UHGV virus genome: UHGV-0026213 | Origin: a virus | Reading direction: 5' to 3' (one strand) | Length of the DNA stretch: 64,000 nucleotides | Shown: positions 8,121 to 18,496 of the stretch, one piece after another | Layout: the number at the start of each line of letters is the position of its first letter | Numbering within the stretch: position 1 is the stretch's first letter | Program-made: the position numbers and the translations under genes | Notes under the pieces: model-generated | Database searches by the model: none | What the model saw: only the letters and a program-made list of their open reading frames with translations | What the model was told of the DNA's origin: nothing

Positions 8121-11075
8121 TTAATCGGCGGTAGTATCGTGACGGTTATAGACAATAACGATATCGTCTTTAAGTCCGATGTCGCCGCTGGCCTCAATGT
8201 CCAGCTTTTTACCTATAGTTGCTCTTGATGCTTCCGAAACAACGGTAAAGAGACGCATGTCTTTATCTGGTCCCATAGCATCGAGTTCAACACCGATAAT
8301 AGACGCATCGAGGGTTTCACTCAACGCATTACCGATTTCTGTTGCAGAGATTGTTAGATGACTACCCAAGTAATCATTGATAACCTGAGACGTTTTCTTA
8401 CGAATCTGCGTTAAGAGCTCGGTGTTATTACGGTTAGCAGCTGTTAGGTAATAACGCACGGTGAACTGGTTTTCCGCAGGGACAGGTGTTACTACCCCGT
8501 CCTCGGTACGGGCGTCGATATACCCCATTGTTGTAATCGGCACAAAGTAACCTTCGGTACGTTCTAACAACATAGGTTTCAAAGTTGGAAGTATTACCGT
8601 AACGTAGTTAACGATGTTTTCGATAACCTCGTTCAGATACGATTTTGCAGAAGGCGTCGTCGCGAATTTATATCGCGCATCGAATACCGCCATCTCACTA
8701 CGGAATTTGATAGAACGCGATTTCGCAATTTTCGGATTGCCGAATTCGTCTTTAACTAAGTCTCCTTCACGATGTAGGACGATCTGTTGTCCAGCCTCGT
8801 CAAGTTTAGGATCACCTTTACGATGCTCGTACGTAATCTGAAGTGGTGGCGTGCGACCTGCGTCGTAGGTGTAGATTGGTACACCGTTCTCATCGCGTTT
8901 AACCACATCGATTTCCCACGTTGCCATCACGTCTTTTTCGTAATACTGGTAGTTAATGCTGTCAGTAACAGCACGCGCTTTACGCCAGTAGTACGTCATT
9001 GCTTTACCCAATTCGATTTTGAAAATCTCGTGAGTAATACCAATAGCATCGCGTGACGGGGCAGTGATTAACGCATCCATTTCCGCACGTTCGTAATTAC
9101 CAGGATAATAACCGGTGCAGCCGTAGAACAGGTTGAAGTCCGTCATCAGCGGTACAGGCGTTTCCGTGGGTGTGCTACTACTAATGCGTGTATTCGTTAG
9201 CATTAATTCGTCGTTACGGTCAACGTCTAGGTTGGTTTCCAGCAGGAATTCCCAAACGCGTTCGCTACCCTGTTTACCGACTAACGTACCGTTGATGTAC
9301 GCTAAAGTGTTGTCTGCGTTACGTGGACGGAACGATAGCTGTGCAAAAACTTGATCGTCGGTCAGTGCTTGATAAGGTGCCTCTGACTTCGTTACGGTAC
9401 GCAATACATAACCGGCTTCGGTCTTTTCGATAGTGTAGTCGGCTGTTACCACACTGAGTTCCGTGCTTACGTTGGTGGCAATAAAGCGTTTGGAGTTTAA
9501 CGTCGGTTTATCTAATTGATAAATACGAACGTCAATGGCTTTGTTGTTGATATCCACAACGTAATGGAATGGTGTAAAGAGATAACGATTAGCGTTGGCC
9601 GCATTAATCAAATCTTCTTTACGCATGGTTTTTGCTAAGACCGTCATTTCCGCATCAACCGTCAAGCTGGTGTCGGTGAACCGATAAAGTGTGTCAGGAA
9701 GAATCGTCAGGCGATTACCGTTAACCTTTACCGTCGGTAGATTAACCAATTCATTCCAGGAGAAATAGAACGGTGCTGTGATCGTCCCGATGGGAGAACT
9801 GACATTGGGAATTGTCGATTCGAGCATCGGTGCCGTTAAGAAGTATGTACGGCTAGTAACATAGTCGTTTGGTTTCGACAACGTTAGACCGTAGTCAGAA
9901 ACCGTTGCTTCTAATTGTTTCTCCGTTACAGGGAGTTTTCGTGCACCCACAGCGTTATTGACTACACGTGTACGCAAATCTTCGAACGTGAGCTGGCTAC
10001 GACCACCTGACAACATTTTACCTGCTTTTGCAGCCATCTGTTTGATGGAAAAACTCTTAATCGGGTTCACGTAGTTTTCGTCGTATTCACCGTTCAAATC
10101 ACGCAATGTAAACGTGTATTCGTCAGACGGATAAGCCGAGATATCGACACTTAAAGGCCCTAAGGTCGTGTAGATATCCATACGAATTTCGCCGCTGACC
10201 AAATTCTTCGCCATGTAGATCGAGGGGATAGTACACCGTATAACGCCGTCACCGACCTGGATTAACGCGGTTGGGGTGTTGGGGTCGTAAACGTCACGAC
10301 TGTGCGTATGCTGAATTTCAACCCACTTGTTATCGTTGGTTGATTTCATCCACACCCTTACGTAGAAAAATTTGTTAGTGTAATGGCGGGTCATGACAAA
10401 GGTATTTTTCCCCGCAACGGTATCACTTTCGTTCTTCACCGCATACTGCATAACTGGGATATGGATTGCCAGTAGTTGCGAGGCCGTGGTGTTAGACGAT
10501 GTCAATTCCCAATCCAGCGCATTCGTCGACACAGGAGAAATAGGTGACTGTGTTTCGGTAATCCAAAGAACCTGAAATGCCGGGTTTTCATTGGTGCCGT
10601 AAGGAAGTACCCTGATTTCAATCGGGTACTGGATGGCAAAGGTGTAACCTGACACCGTGAAAACTGTGTCTCGTGGGATAACAACTTTACGCACACCCGC
10701 AATCTGTAAAGGGTACGCCTTGGAGATTAAACTATCAACATCGATTAATAACAACAGCTCGGTGGTTGAAGGTTGGGCGAACACATCAACGTAGTCCACA
10801 TCGGACATATGTCGGAACAGGTCATCGTACGTTTGCGCCATCGATGGAAATGTCTTTGGCACTGATTCCTGCAACCCCATAAGCGTTGCATGGCCCAACA
10901 TTGTCCCCATTTCCGCCAAATAAACAACAGGGTCTGTTGGGTCACGTAGCACTATTTGGCCTTCGGCGTCTTCTACATCCAGAAGCTGATTCAAGAGCAG
11001 TGTTTGCATCGCTGCCGGATGGTGGGCAAACAACAATATGTTCTTTGCCAAAGTATCGTAAGTCGTAGAACTCAT
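8121..11075 (-). CDS. hypothetical large protein (984 aa), possibly virion structural
   Basis: Long minus-strand ORF; TGATG coupling with upstream minus-strand gene. Confidence 0.5.
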   Translation of the reverse strand: MSSTTYDTLAKNILLFAHHPAAMQTLLLNQLLDVEDAEGQIVLRDPTDPVVYLAEMGTMLGHATLMGLQESVPKTFPSMAQTYDDLFRHMSDVDYVDVFAQPSTTELLLLIDVDSLISKAYPLQIAGVRKVVIPRDTVFTVSGYTFAIQYPIEIRVLPYGTNENPAFQVLWITETQSPISPVSTNALDWELTSSNTTASQLLAIHIPVMQYAVKNESDTVAGKNTFVMTRHYTNKFFYVRVWMKSTNDNKWVEIQHTHSRDVYDPNTPTALIQVGDGVIRCTIPSIYMAKNLVSGEIRMDIYTTLGPLSVDISAYPSDEYTFTLRDLNGEYDENYVNPIKSFSIKQMAAKAGKMLSGGRSQLTFEDLRTRVVNNAVGARKLPVTEKQLEATVSDYGLTLSKPNDYVTSRTYFLTAPMLESTIPNVSSPIGTITAPFYFSWNELVNLPTVKVNGNRLTILPDTLYRFTDTSLTVDAEMTVLAKTMRKEDLINAANANRYLFTPFHYVVDINNKAIDVRIYQLDKPTLNSKRFIATNVSTELSVVTADYTIEKTEAGYVLRTVTKSEAPYQALTDDQVFAQLSFRPRNADNTLAYINGTLVGKQGSERVWEFLLETNLDVDRNDELMLTNTRISSSTPTETPVPLMTDFNLFYGCTGYYPGNYERAEMDALITAPSRDAIGITHEIFKIELGKAMTYYWRKARAVTDSINYQYYEKDVMATWEIDVVKRDENGVPIYTYDAGRTPPLQITYEHRKGDPKLDEAGQQIVLHREGDLVKDEFGNPKIAKSRSIKFRSEMAVFDARYKFATTPSAKSYLNEVIENIVNYVTVILPTLKPMLLERTEGYFVPITTMGYIDARTEDGVVTPVPAENQFTVRYYLTAANRNNTELLTQIRKKTSQVINDYLGSHLTISATEIGNALSETLDASIIGVELDAMGPDKDMRLFTVVSEASRATIGKKLDIEASGDIGLKDDIVIVYNRHDTTAD

Positions 11076-12373
11076 CAGTTATTACCTGTCGGTAGTGAAG
11101 CGGCATTAGCATTATCCAGTAATCCCGCTTTCTTGAGAATATGTTGGTAGTCTGCCTGGTAAACATACCAGGTAAGTTTGCGTCGTACGGAATCGATGTG
11201 CGGATAACCGTAATAGTTAAACAACGGCAGCAATTGTGGCGCGATGGGGACTAATTGATCACTAGCAATTGGGATGAAGTTGCCCGACTGGATAGAACCG
11301 GGTTGCGGTAACATATCTGGATTAAAAATGGAAACGGTGCGGTTAAACATTTCCATGTATAGCGGATCGTTAAACCGTGCTCCGATAGCTTGCCAGTTAA
11401 TAGTAATCGTAACGTCGTCGTTTAACTGCGGTTTGGAGTTATCAACGTTCGCCATTTGTCCTGCGTTATCGTTCATCGGCCAAGCGACACAAATCGTCCA
11501 GAAACGGGTGATGTTCCCTAAGGCATCGTAACGCATCCCGTAGATTCGCGATTGATAATCGATTCTGCGTTGAATGGAGTTACGCATTTTCGGACGGAAT
11601 TTACCCATCTTCACACCAGACATATACTCCAGCCACACACCCATCATTTTCATTAATGGGTCGCCATAGGGGTTGTTTAATGACATGCTGATGGAAAAGC
11701 TGTTGTTAACTTCGTGGGTAGAGTCAACCATCCCCCACTGTTCACGCATTAAACCTTCACTTGCCATCCAGTTATCAATAGATTGATCGGGTGCACCACT
11801 AAGGCTAATCAGTTGCGTACTGAGTATTGGTATGAACGCTTGTAGATTATCGAATTTTACTTGAGGCATAAACGGCGTACCTAAGCGATTCTTCCGTCTG
11901 CCGTTTTCCATAGGTGCGTCTGTAAACCCGAGTTCAAAATCGGGGTCAAGCGCAGCTAATATCGAATAATCTATGGAGTCCTTTGGCTGCATTGCCATGT
12001 TCGACATTTTACGAGACTTAGCAATGTTGTCGTAGCACAGGTTAAAATCGGGCCGGGTAATAAAAGTTAGTCCACCGTATTCTCGGTTGATTGGCGTGGG
12101 GTTAGACGCCATCATATGGTTGAACCCCATGTAGGGGTTGGTCAAACGCTGCGCAGCAAGACCCAAACCTACAGTAAGACGGATACGATCGTTCCATGCC
12201 GTAAGTTCAGTATTAGCGTCGTATGGCGTCGGGGGGTTAGCATTACTAATCCGTCCGTCGAAATACCCTGCGACCGAAGGCACTGCGTCCGCGTTATTCG
12301 GATTGTGGAGAGAATCGTCGTAATCAGTATTCGGGTCATACCCCGGATCGTTCTTATCTGTCTCGTCACTCAT
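11075..12373 (-). CDS. hypothetical protein (432 aa)
   Basis: Minus-strand ORF with RBS GGAG before ATG at 12373. Confidence 0.5.
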   Translation of the reverse strand: MSDETDKNDPGYDPNTDYDDSLHNPNNADAVPSVAGYFDGRISNANPPTPYDANTELTAWNDRIRLTVGLGLAAQRLTNPYMGFNHMMASNPTPINREYGGLTFITRPDFNLCYDNIAKSRKMSNMAMQPKDSIDYSILAALDPDFELGFTDAPMENGRRKNRLGTPFMPQVKFDNLQAFIPILSTQLISLSGAPDQSIDNWMASEGLMREQWGMVDSTHEVNNSFSISMSLNNPYGDPLMKMMGVWLEYMSGVKMGKFRPKMRNSIQRRIDYQSRIYGMRYDALGNITRFWTICVAWPMNDNAGQMANVDNSKPQLNDDVTITINWQAIGARFNDPLYMEMFNRTVSIFNPDMLPQPGSIQSGNFIPIASDQLVPIAPQLLPLFNYYGYPHIDSVRRKLTWYVYQADYQHILKKAGLLDNANAASLPTGNN

Positions 12374-12399
12374 CTTTAACTCCGGAGTTCATTAGGAAA

Positions 12400-13506
12400 A
12401 TGTTAGAAAAAACGTTTGAGACAAGCGTTGTCTCTTTCCTCTCCAGACTTCCCATGCTGTTTCGTTCACGTGCGGAGTCGATGGAGGAATTTAACTCAGT
12501 GCTCTATAACGAGCACATTACCTTAGTCGAACAAAGCCTGCTGGGTTTAGATTACCTTCCGGGAATTCTGGAGAAAATCCAAATTTTGCTGGCAGGAAAC
12601 CAATTAACGGCTATCTCTCTGTTAACCGGTGTACCGGATGTTGACATTATCGGCACATTGGATCAGGTCAGTACACGTCGTAGTGCACTTGATAACGCAG
12701 TCCGCAGCGGTTCCCGCTTAGCAGCGCTTGCAGTCGGCGAATCTGCCCGTTATGGTTTACCATCATACGATAAAATCGGCATTGCAGTCGGCGAATCTTC
12801 CCGACGGGTCGCCCAGGAATCAAAAGGTTCGGTCAGTGGCGGGAAAGGTGATCCGATTAAACAGCTTTTCGATCAAGAAGGGTTGTCCAACGGGAAAATG
12901 TTCTCAGTAACATTCGAACGTGACGGTAATAAAGTCGAACTCCCAATGCGTTTACGTTTGGATGTGAAATCCTTACCGACCGAACAAATTGAAACACTGA
13001 TTGCGTTCAGTGACCAGACGAAAACATTCTGGGAACGTTGGCTGCGTGCACGCGTTGGCGCGTTGAGTTACGTAAAAGACATTGCGTTCTGTAACGACCT
13101 GGTAGAAGAATATCGTAAGAACCGTTATCGCGATAAGTCCGGTTATTACCGTAAGATGATGGAGAAGAAGAACGGTAACTGGTTGTCTGGTCTGCTGTCT
13201 TTGGCACCGTCAATCAATAACGCTTCTTCCGTTATGGTGGTTTCTCAAGACACCATCGACGGTTTGACCGCACAGCTAGGTGGCGAATTTGACGATTTCA
13301 ATATCCGTCAGCGTGTGTTCAAAGACACCTTGACCGTCTACTACGTTGTTGTGGACACCACCTGGAATCGTGTCACTATTTATACCCGTGGTCAGAACGG
13401 CTCTCAGGAACTCGATAAATCTGACTTTAGTAAATCGAAGTCTGGTAGCGCCGATGTAAATAAAATCATCGAAGCGTATCGCTCTGGCGCTCAGCCAGTT
13501 CTTTAA
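12400..13506 (+). CDS. hypothetical protein with short internal duplication
   Basis: RBS AGGAAA; near-identical 20-nt repeat at 12731 and 12784 encoding AVGESARY/AVGESSRR. Confidence 0.5.
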   Translation: MLEKTFETSVVSFLSRLPMLFRSRAESMEEFNSVLYNEHITLVEQSLLGLDYLPGILEKIQILLAGNQLTAISLLTGVPDVDIIGTLDQVSTRRSALDNAVRSGSRLAALAVGESARYGLPSYDKIGIAVGESSRRVAQESKGSVSGGKGDPIKQLFDQEGLSNGKMFSVTFERDGNKVELPMRLRLDVKSLPTEQIETLIAFSDQTKTFWERWLRARVGALSYVKDIAFCNDLVEEYRKNRYRDKSGYYRKMMEKKNGNWLSGLLSLAPSINNASSVMVVSQDTIDGLTAQLGGEFDDFNIRQRVFKDTLTVYYVVVDTTWNRVTIYTRGQNGSQELDKSDFSKSKSGSADVNKIIEAYRSGAQPVL

Positions 13507-13516
13507 GGGGTAAGGC

Positions 13517-14452
13517 ATGGCAATCCCGAATATGCTCGCTATGTTGTTGCCGAGCTTTGAAGCAACAAACTTGAAAAACCAACTCTCATCAAACTGCGAT
13601 GCGATTGGTGAACAACTTTTACCGCGTTTCCAGTCTCTGCAAGAGCTGGTAGCGTCGAAAGAAGGCAAGCCGTTTAAATCGAAAACGGTGCAGGACATGT
13701 CGGATGATTTGGTTAAATACCTGCGGAATTCCGGTCTGGAAGCCAAAGGTCTCCGTAATCCTTCGATGCTGGAATACATCGTTGCCTCGATGGAAAACAC
13801 GCTACAATTGCGTTCTTTCTTAGACCAATGTATTACGCGTGACATTGGTAAAGCGTTAGTCACGTCTTCAATGACGTTTAATAAATTAACGGTGCTCAGA
13901 CTGCTTGACCTGATTGACTTCTTTACAGGTTACAGTGCCACCTTACTTAACTACGTAACCGCAGAAGAAATAGCCGCCGTAGAAGGCTCGAATATTGAAG
14001 TAAAAGGCGTCGGTCCGAATGACCTTCAATACCTCAATACTCGTTCTATTTCTTACTGCATTGCTGTCCGTGTGCTGGCAACGCCGCTGAATAAACTGAA
14101 AGCGGATTATGCGGAAATTCCTGAAGCGATCTTTAACGACGAAACTTACGGTGAGTTGGCGCAACAGTTCGGTTCGAGCTCCGTTGACCCACTGGGAATG
14201 AGCAGTGTACCGTTCCCAATCTCGCTGATATTGCGCGTACGTTTGAATATCGCTGAACGGCAGATGGATAAGTACGACGAGTGTGTAGAAGCGGCGAAAG
14301 CGGCGGAACTGCGTATCTTACTTTACAAAAAGCAAGTCGCAGAAGGTAAGGGTGATGCCCACATTGAGAAACTGATTGAAATCAGTGAAAAGCATCTGAT
14401 GGAACTCAAGCACAAGCGTGAGCGTCTTGAAAAGAAATACGGTTTAGCGTAA
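13517..14452 (+). CDS. hypothetical protein
   Basis: 311-codon ORF in same-strand cluster. Confidence 0.5.
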   Translation: MAIPNMLAMLLPSFEATNLKNQLSSNCDAIGEQLLPRFQSLQELVASKEGKPFKSKTVQDMSDDLVKYLRNSGLEAKGLRNPSMLEYIVASMENTLQLRSFLDQCITRDIGKALVTSSMTFNKLTVLRLLDLIDFFTGYSATLLNYVTAEEIAAVEGSNIEVKGVGPNDLQYLNTRSISYCIAVRVLATPLNKLKADYAEIPEAIFNDETYGELAQQFGSSSVDPLGMSSVPFPISLILRVRLNIAERQMDKYDECVEAAKAAELRILLYKKQVAEGKGDAHIEKLIEISEKHLMELKHKRERLEKKYGLA

Positions 14453-14469
14453 ACCGTTAGGAGAGGCGA

Positions 14470-15030
14470 ATGTTTGAGCACGATAGTCCTGAATTTAATG
14501 TTGCTGTAGAGCGCATTAAATCCTACATGTCGATTTTATCGAAAAACCCAATCGACACACACGATGACGAGGTTATTCACAAAACACTGGAAGCCGCCGC
14601 CGTTATTTTACCGTACTTTCGTCTGATGGCTGCTGATTCTTTGCAGCAAGTATTATATGACGAATATCCGCAGGTCGGATTTACCTTTAATACGTTTTAT
14701 AACGAAAGTGTAGATTTCTTGCTGGATGGTAAGCGACGTAATGTGACGTTAGGGCAGTGGTCGACTTTGCTGTCGTCGTATATGAACGATGTTCGTAACA
14801 CGAAGAATGTTGAACAGACGGGTGCATTAGGCTCGCGTCTATTAGCTGCTGCGTTTGGTCGCCGAGGTACTGTACGTAATATGGGCTCTGCTCACCAATC
14901 TGTTGAGTGTAGCAAACGTCTTTTATCTTATGCAGACCATGAACTGCTGGCACGCTGGATGACGCGCCCGAACGGGTTGTCCGACATGATCTCGTCGTTA
15001 GCAGTGTTTTTGAAAATCGCACGTCCCTAA
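14470..15030 (+). CDS. hypothetical protein
   Basis: 186-codon ORF with RBS GGAGAGG. Confidence 0.5.
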   Translation: MFEHDSPEFNVAVERIKSYMSILSKNPIDTHDDEVIHKTLEAAAVILPYFRLMAADSLQQVLYDEYPQVGFTFNTFYNESVDFLLDGKRRNVTLGQWSTLLSSYMNDVRNTKNVEQTGALGSRLLAAAFGRRGTVRNMGSAHQSVECSKRLLSYADHELLARWMTRPNGLSDMISSLAVFLKIARP

Positions 15031-15089
15031 GGGGGCCCCTCATTCTAGGGGCGTGTAATTGGGTTATATAACCAAAGGAAATAAACGAA

Positions 15090-16361
15090 ATGGCAAATTT
15101 CGCAAAAACTCGCGCCGCTCGTGAATCGATGGAAGCGGCCGATGAAGTAATCGACGGTATCAGCAACGTTGAACCGGCAGAAGAGAACCTGGACGTCCAA
15201 CTTGCGGACGTAGCATCTATCGACGGTCAGCTCGATCAGCTGGAAACCGATGGTGAAACCCTGGCTGCCGATACCGAGCGTACTGAAGACGCTATCGAAC
15301 AGGCGGAAGAAGCCGTTGCTAACGGTGAAGAAATGCCGGAAGAAGCGGTTGCCCTGCACGAAGTGGCACAGGAATCCATCGCACGTCGTTGGAACCTGGA
15401 GCGCACTAAACTGGCTCGCGAATCCTATCGCCGTGGTCGTGGCATGACTGCTGCTGCCCAGGAAGGTTGGAAAGAAACCCTGAAGGGTCTTTACGAGCGC
15501 TTCATTCAGTTCTGTAAAGAAGTGATCGCGAAGATCAAAGACCTGAAACTGAAATATTTCAACGTCGGTAAGACCGCGCAGAAACGTGCGAAGAAATATC
15601 AGGAAATGATCCGCAAGCTGGGCAAACAAGATAAAGACAACATTTCTGGTGGCTTTATCACCAAACTGTCCATCGAAGGTAAATTCGATGCTGCTGGCTC
15701 TATTGCCATCGCTAAAGAAGTGACCGCAGGTAAAGTGAAAGGTGCTATCGGTGCACTGGAAAAACAAGCTGGTGAAGCTGTGACCGCTGTTACCAAAGGT
15801 GACGATGACGCATTCAAAGCAATGCGTGGCGATCAGCCGGTAGAACTGTTTGGTAAAGCAGCGTCTAAACTGCATTCTCTGCCGAACTTTGAAAATGGTG
15901 ATGCGTCTAAACTGCTGGCACTGCCGGGCAACGCTTACGTTCAGGCCGGTACTAAAGAATTGGCTGGCGGCCACAAGTTCACCGCAATTGCTTTCATGAG
16001 CACCGGTGACGCTTCTGACGATAAAGAAGTGGCTACTCCGTCTGTTTCTGAAATGGCTGGCGCAGCATCTGCTCTGGAAGCAATCGGTAAAGGCTTCGAA
16101 GCCGTACTGAAAGATTTCCGTGCTTACGATTCTGAAATCGTGAAACTGCAACAGGCTGCTGAAAAAGCGTCCAACGCGCTGAACAACGAAAAAGACGAGA
16201 GTAAGTGGGAAGGACTGCGTAATGCACGTCAAGCTGCTGATCAGTCTGTGAAGAACTACCAGACCCTGAACCGTGCCGTTAGCTACGTAGCTAACACCGT
16301 CATTAGCGGTCTGAACGGTTACCTGGGTGCTGGTATCGGCGCGTACAAAAAGTCTAAATAA
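15090..16361 (+). CDS. abundant acidic-propeptide protein, paralogue 1 (putative internal head/ejection protein)
   Basis: Strong codon bias; acidic N-terminal ~90 aa ending in AQE at codons 93-95 (15366-15374); paralogous to next gene. Confidence 0.6.
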   Translation: MANFAKTRAARESMEAADEVIDGISNVEPAEENLDVQLADVASIDGQLDQLETDGETLAADTERTEDAIEQAEEAVANGEEMPEEAVALHEVAQESIARRWNLERTKLARESYRRGRGMTAAAQEGWKETLKGLYERFIQFCKEVIAKIKDLKLKYFNVGKTAQKRAKKYQEMIRKLGKQDKDNISGGFITKLSIEGKFDAAGSIAIAKEVTAGKVKGAIGALEKQAGEAVTAVTKGDDDAFKAMRGDQPVELFGKAASKLHSLPNFENGDASKLLALPGNAYVQAGTKELAGGHKFTAIAFMSTGDASDDKEVATPSVSEMAGAASALEAIGKGFEAVLKDFRAYDSEIVKLQQAAEKASNALNNEKDESKWEGLRNARQAADQSVKNYQTLNRAVSYVANTVISGLNGYLGAGIGAYKKSK

Positions 16362-16437
16362 TTAGACTTACGCTCGTACAGTTCTTGAAATAAATCAATA
16401 GGGGAACGACGTGTTCCCCTTAGAGGAAAAGCTTAAA

Positions 16438-17700
16438 ATGGCAAATTTCGCAAAAACTCGCGCCGCTCGTGAATCGATGGAAGCTACTGCCACTGTAGTT
16501 CCAGACGGCATCGAACTGCCAGCAGAATCTGTTGAAGGTACTCTGGCCGACATCGAGCATGATACCAAACCGATCGAAGCCCTGGACGCTGACGCTGAAC
16601 TGCTGGCAGAAGACGGTGACGAAACCGATGCTCAGCTGGAAGTTCTGGATGAAGCTCAGGCTGCTGCTGACGGTGAAGGTGCTGGCGAAGACGGTGAAGA
16701 ACCGATGGACGCCGAAGAAGATATGCCGGACGACGCTGCGACCGCGCTGGACGTTGCTCAGGAATCTATCCGTTCTCGTTGGAACTTCGAACACCGTTCT
16801 TCCGTTGCACACGAATCCTACGGTTCTCGTAACCGTCGTCAGGTTGCTCGTGAATCCCTGTGGGAAGACATTAAAGCCTTCCTGAAACGTATTTGGGAAT
16901 GGCTGAAAGAACAAGGCCGTAAGATCAAAGATCGTTGGCTGAAATTCTCCAACCAGGGTAAATCCATCCAGGCCCGTTCTAAGAAATACGACGAAGCTAT
17001 TCGTAAGCTGGGCAAACAGAAGAAAGATGAAATCTCTGGTGGCTTCATCAAGTCTCTGTCCGTCGACGGTAAATTCGTTGGTGACGATCTGGTGCGCCTG
17101 AAGAATATCCTGAACCACGTTTCCACCTACTACAGTGGTAACGTTCAGAGCTTCCTGAACAACGGTACGGATTTGGTTGGTAACGTTGTTAAAGGCGATG
17201 GCGCTAAAGTTGATAAACTGAAAGCAGACTTCGCTGCTCTGGCCAAAGAAGACGTTAACAAGTTCAAACTTGGTAACATGGCGCTGAAGATGGAATATGA
17301 CGAAGAAGGCGGCTTTAGCTCCAGCTACGTGGAAGCTGAAAACCGTGCTGAAACCAACGTTAAAACTCCGTCTGTTAGCGAACTGGCTAAGACCAATGCC
17401 TTCTTCAACGAAGTGGGTAAACAGATTGAGAAGAACGTTCTGGAATATCGTAAGACCGAACAGGCTCGCGAGAAATTCAGTCAGCAGATTGAGAAGCTGC
17501 TGAAAGAAATCGACAGCGTGAAGATCGACGAAAAACCGGAACTGACCGAATCTGTACGTACCGCACGTCGTTACATCAACAGCATTAACCAGGCAGTGTC
17601 TCTGGGCGAGAAAGTTATTGCCTCTACTCAGAAACATCTGGCTGGCGGTCTGAACGGCTATATCTCCGCAGGTATCGCTGCTTACGAAAAATCTAAATAA
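16438..17700 (+). CDS. abundant acidic-propeptide protein, paralogue 2 (putative internal head/ejection protein)
   Basis: Same N-terminus MANFAKTRAARESMEA; acidic region ending in AQE (16756-16764); RBS GAGGAAAAG. Confidence 0.6.
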   Translation: MANFAKTRAARESMEATATVVPDGIELPAESVEGTLADIEHDTKPIEALDADAELLAEDGDETDAQLEVLDEAQAAADGEGAGEDGEEPMDAEEDMPDDAATALDVAQESIRSRWNFEHRSSVAHESYGSRNRRQVARESLWEDIKAFLKRIWEWLKEQGRKIKDRWLKFSNQGKSIQARSKKYDEAIRKLGKQKKDEISGGFIKSLSVDGKFVGDDLVRLKNILNHVSTYYSGNVQSFLNNGTDLVGNVVKGDGAKVDKLKADFAALAKEDVNKFKLGNMALKMEYDEEGGFSSSYVEAENRAETNVKTPSVSELAKTNAFFNEVGKQIEKNVLEYRKTEQAREKFSQQIEKLLKEIDSVKIDEKPELTESVRTARRYINSINQAVSLGEKVIASTQKHLAGGLNGYISAGIAAYEKSK

Positions 17701-17718
17701 TCCCTGATTGTTTAGTAA

Positions 17719-17762
17719 GAGAACCACCCTGTAATGGGGTGGTTCTCCCCTTTCTTTTTTTT
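17719..17762 (+). terminator. intrinsic terminator
   Basis: GAGAACCACCC/GGGTGGTTCTC stem then T-run. Confidence 0.7.
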
Positions 17763-17780
17763 TCGCATTAAAAATAATCT

Positions 17781-17819
17781 CAGATAGATATTACCTTAGT
17801 GAGATTACAATGTAATCTT
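17781..17819 (+). promoter_or_regulatory. promoter-like motif CAGATAGATATTACCTTAGTGAGA plus downstream hairpin AGATTACA/TGTAATCT
   Basis: One of at least five copies of a conserved AT-rich TATTAC-containing motif between a terminator and an RBS. Confidence 0.5.
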
Positions 17820-17854
17820 TTAACGACCTGTTTATTACGTTTAGGAGAATTATC

Positions 17855-18496
17855 ATGACACGTTACAATTTAGCTGACTTCTGTGAATGTGCCTTTTCTG
17901 TTGAAGGCGACAAACTCGTAATGGCGGCACCAAACGCAAGAGTCTTATCGTTGTATCAAGCCGAAGTTATTGCAATTTCGATTTGGTTAGCAAGGGCTAT
18001 AGACGCTGGCTGTAAGGGTCTTGATGAAGAGGTGCTGAAGGTTGGTCGACGTGAATTTGTGTATAAAACAGAAATTCAGAGCCGTTTGCCACAGACCCTT
18101 TTAAACAGCTTGCTTAAAGATGTCAACACCCCGGTTGTTACCAGAACATTTGATGGTGTGAAATATTACTCTTTTGAAGATTCGCATGTTGCTATCTGTG
18201 AAGGCGAGAATAAGTTCCTTACGACCGTTATCTACTTTCGTATTGTTGAACCTACGAAAGAAGAGTTGGTTTGCAGTATTGCGAATGATGCGGCCGAGAT
18301 GCGTATGGATGATGTCACCAGTTCACTATCTGGATTAAATGACATACCGCGTATCGTGGAGCGCGTATTGGAAGTAGGTGATGGCTTTAAGCTGCTCCCG
18401 CTGGTAGCAAGCGAAGAAACAGAACAGGAAAGCACTTTCATTCAGATTAACCTTACCGCTGCGCAGGCGGTAGATCGTTTCTTCGAAGCTTTATAA
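17855..18496 (+). CDS. hypothetical protein (early-promoter-associated)
   Basis: RBS AGGAGA; promoter-like motif at 17781; terminator at 18504. Confidence 0.55.
   Translation: MTRYNLADFCECAFSVEGDKLVMAAPNARVLSLYQAEVIAISIWLARAIDAGCKGLDEEVLKVGRREFVYKTEIQSRLPQTLLNSLLKDVNTPVVTRTFDGVKYYSFEDSHVAICEGENKFLTTVIYFRIVEPTKEELVCSIANDAAEMRMDDVTSSLSGLNDIPRIVERVLEVGDGFKLLPLVASEETEQESTFIQINLTAAQAVDRFFEAL

Noticed and set aside
15045-17727. Long minus-strand ORFs (395 and 435 aa) antisense to the two paralogue genes, and a 549-aa antisense ORF at 30810-32459
   Set aside because: They lie opposite genes with extreme codon bias, lack RBS context, and have low-complexity F/V/S-rich translations, so they are most likely artefacts of the sense strand's codon usage.
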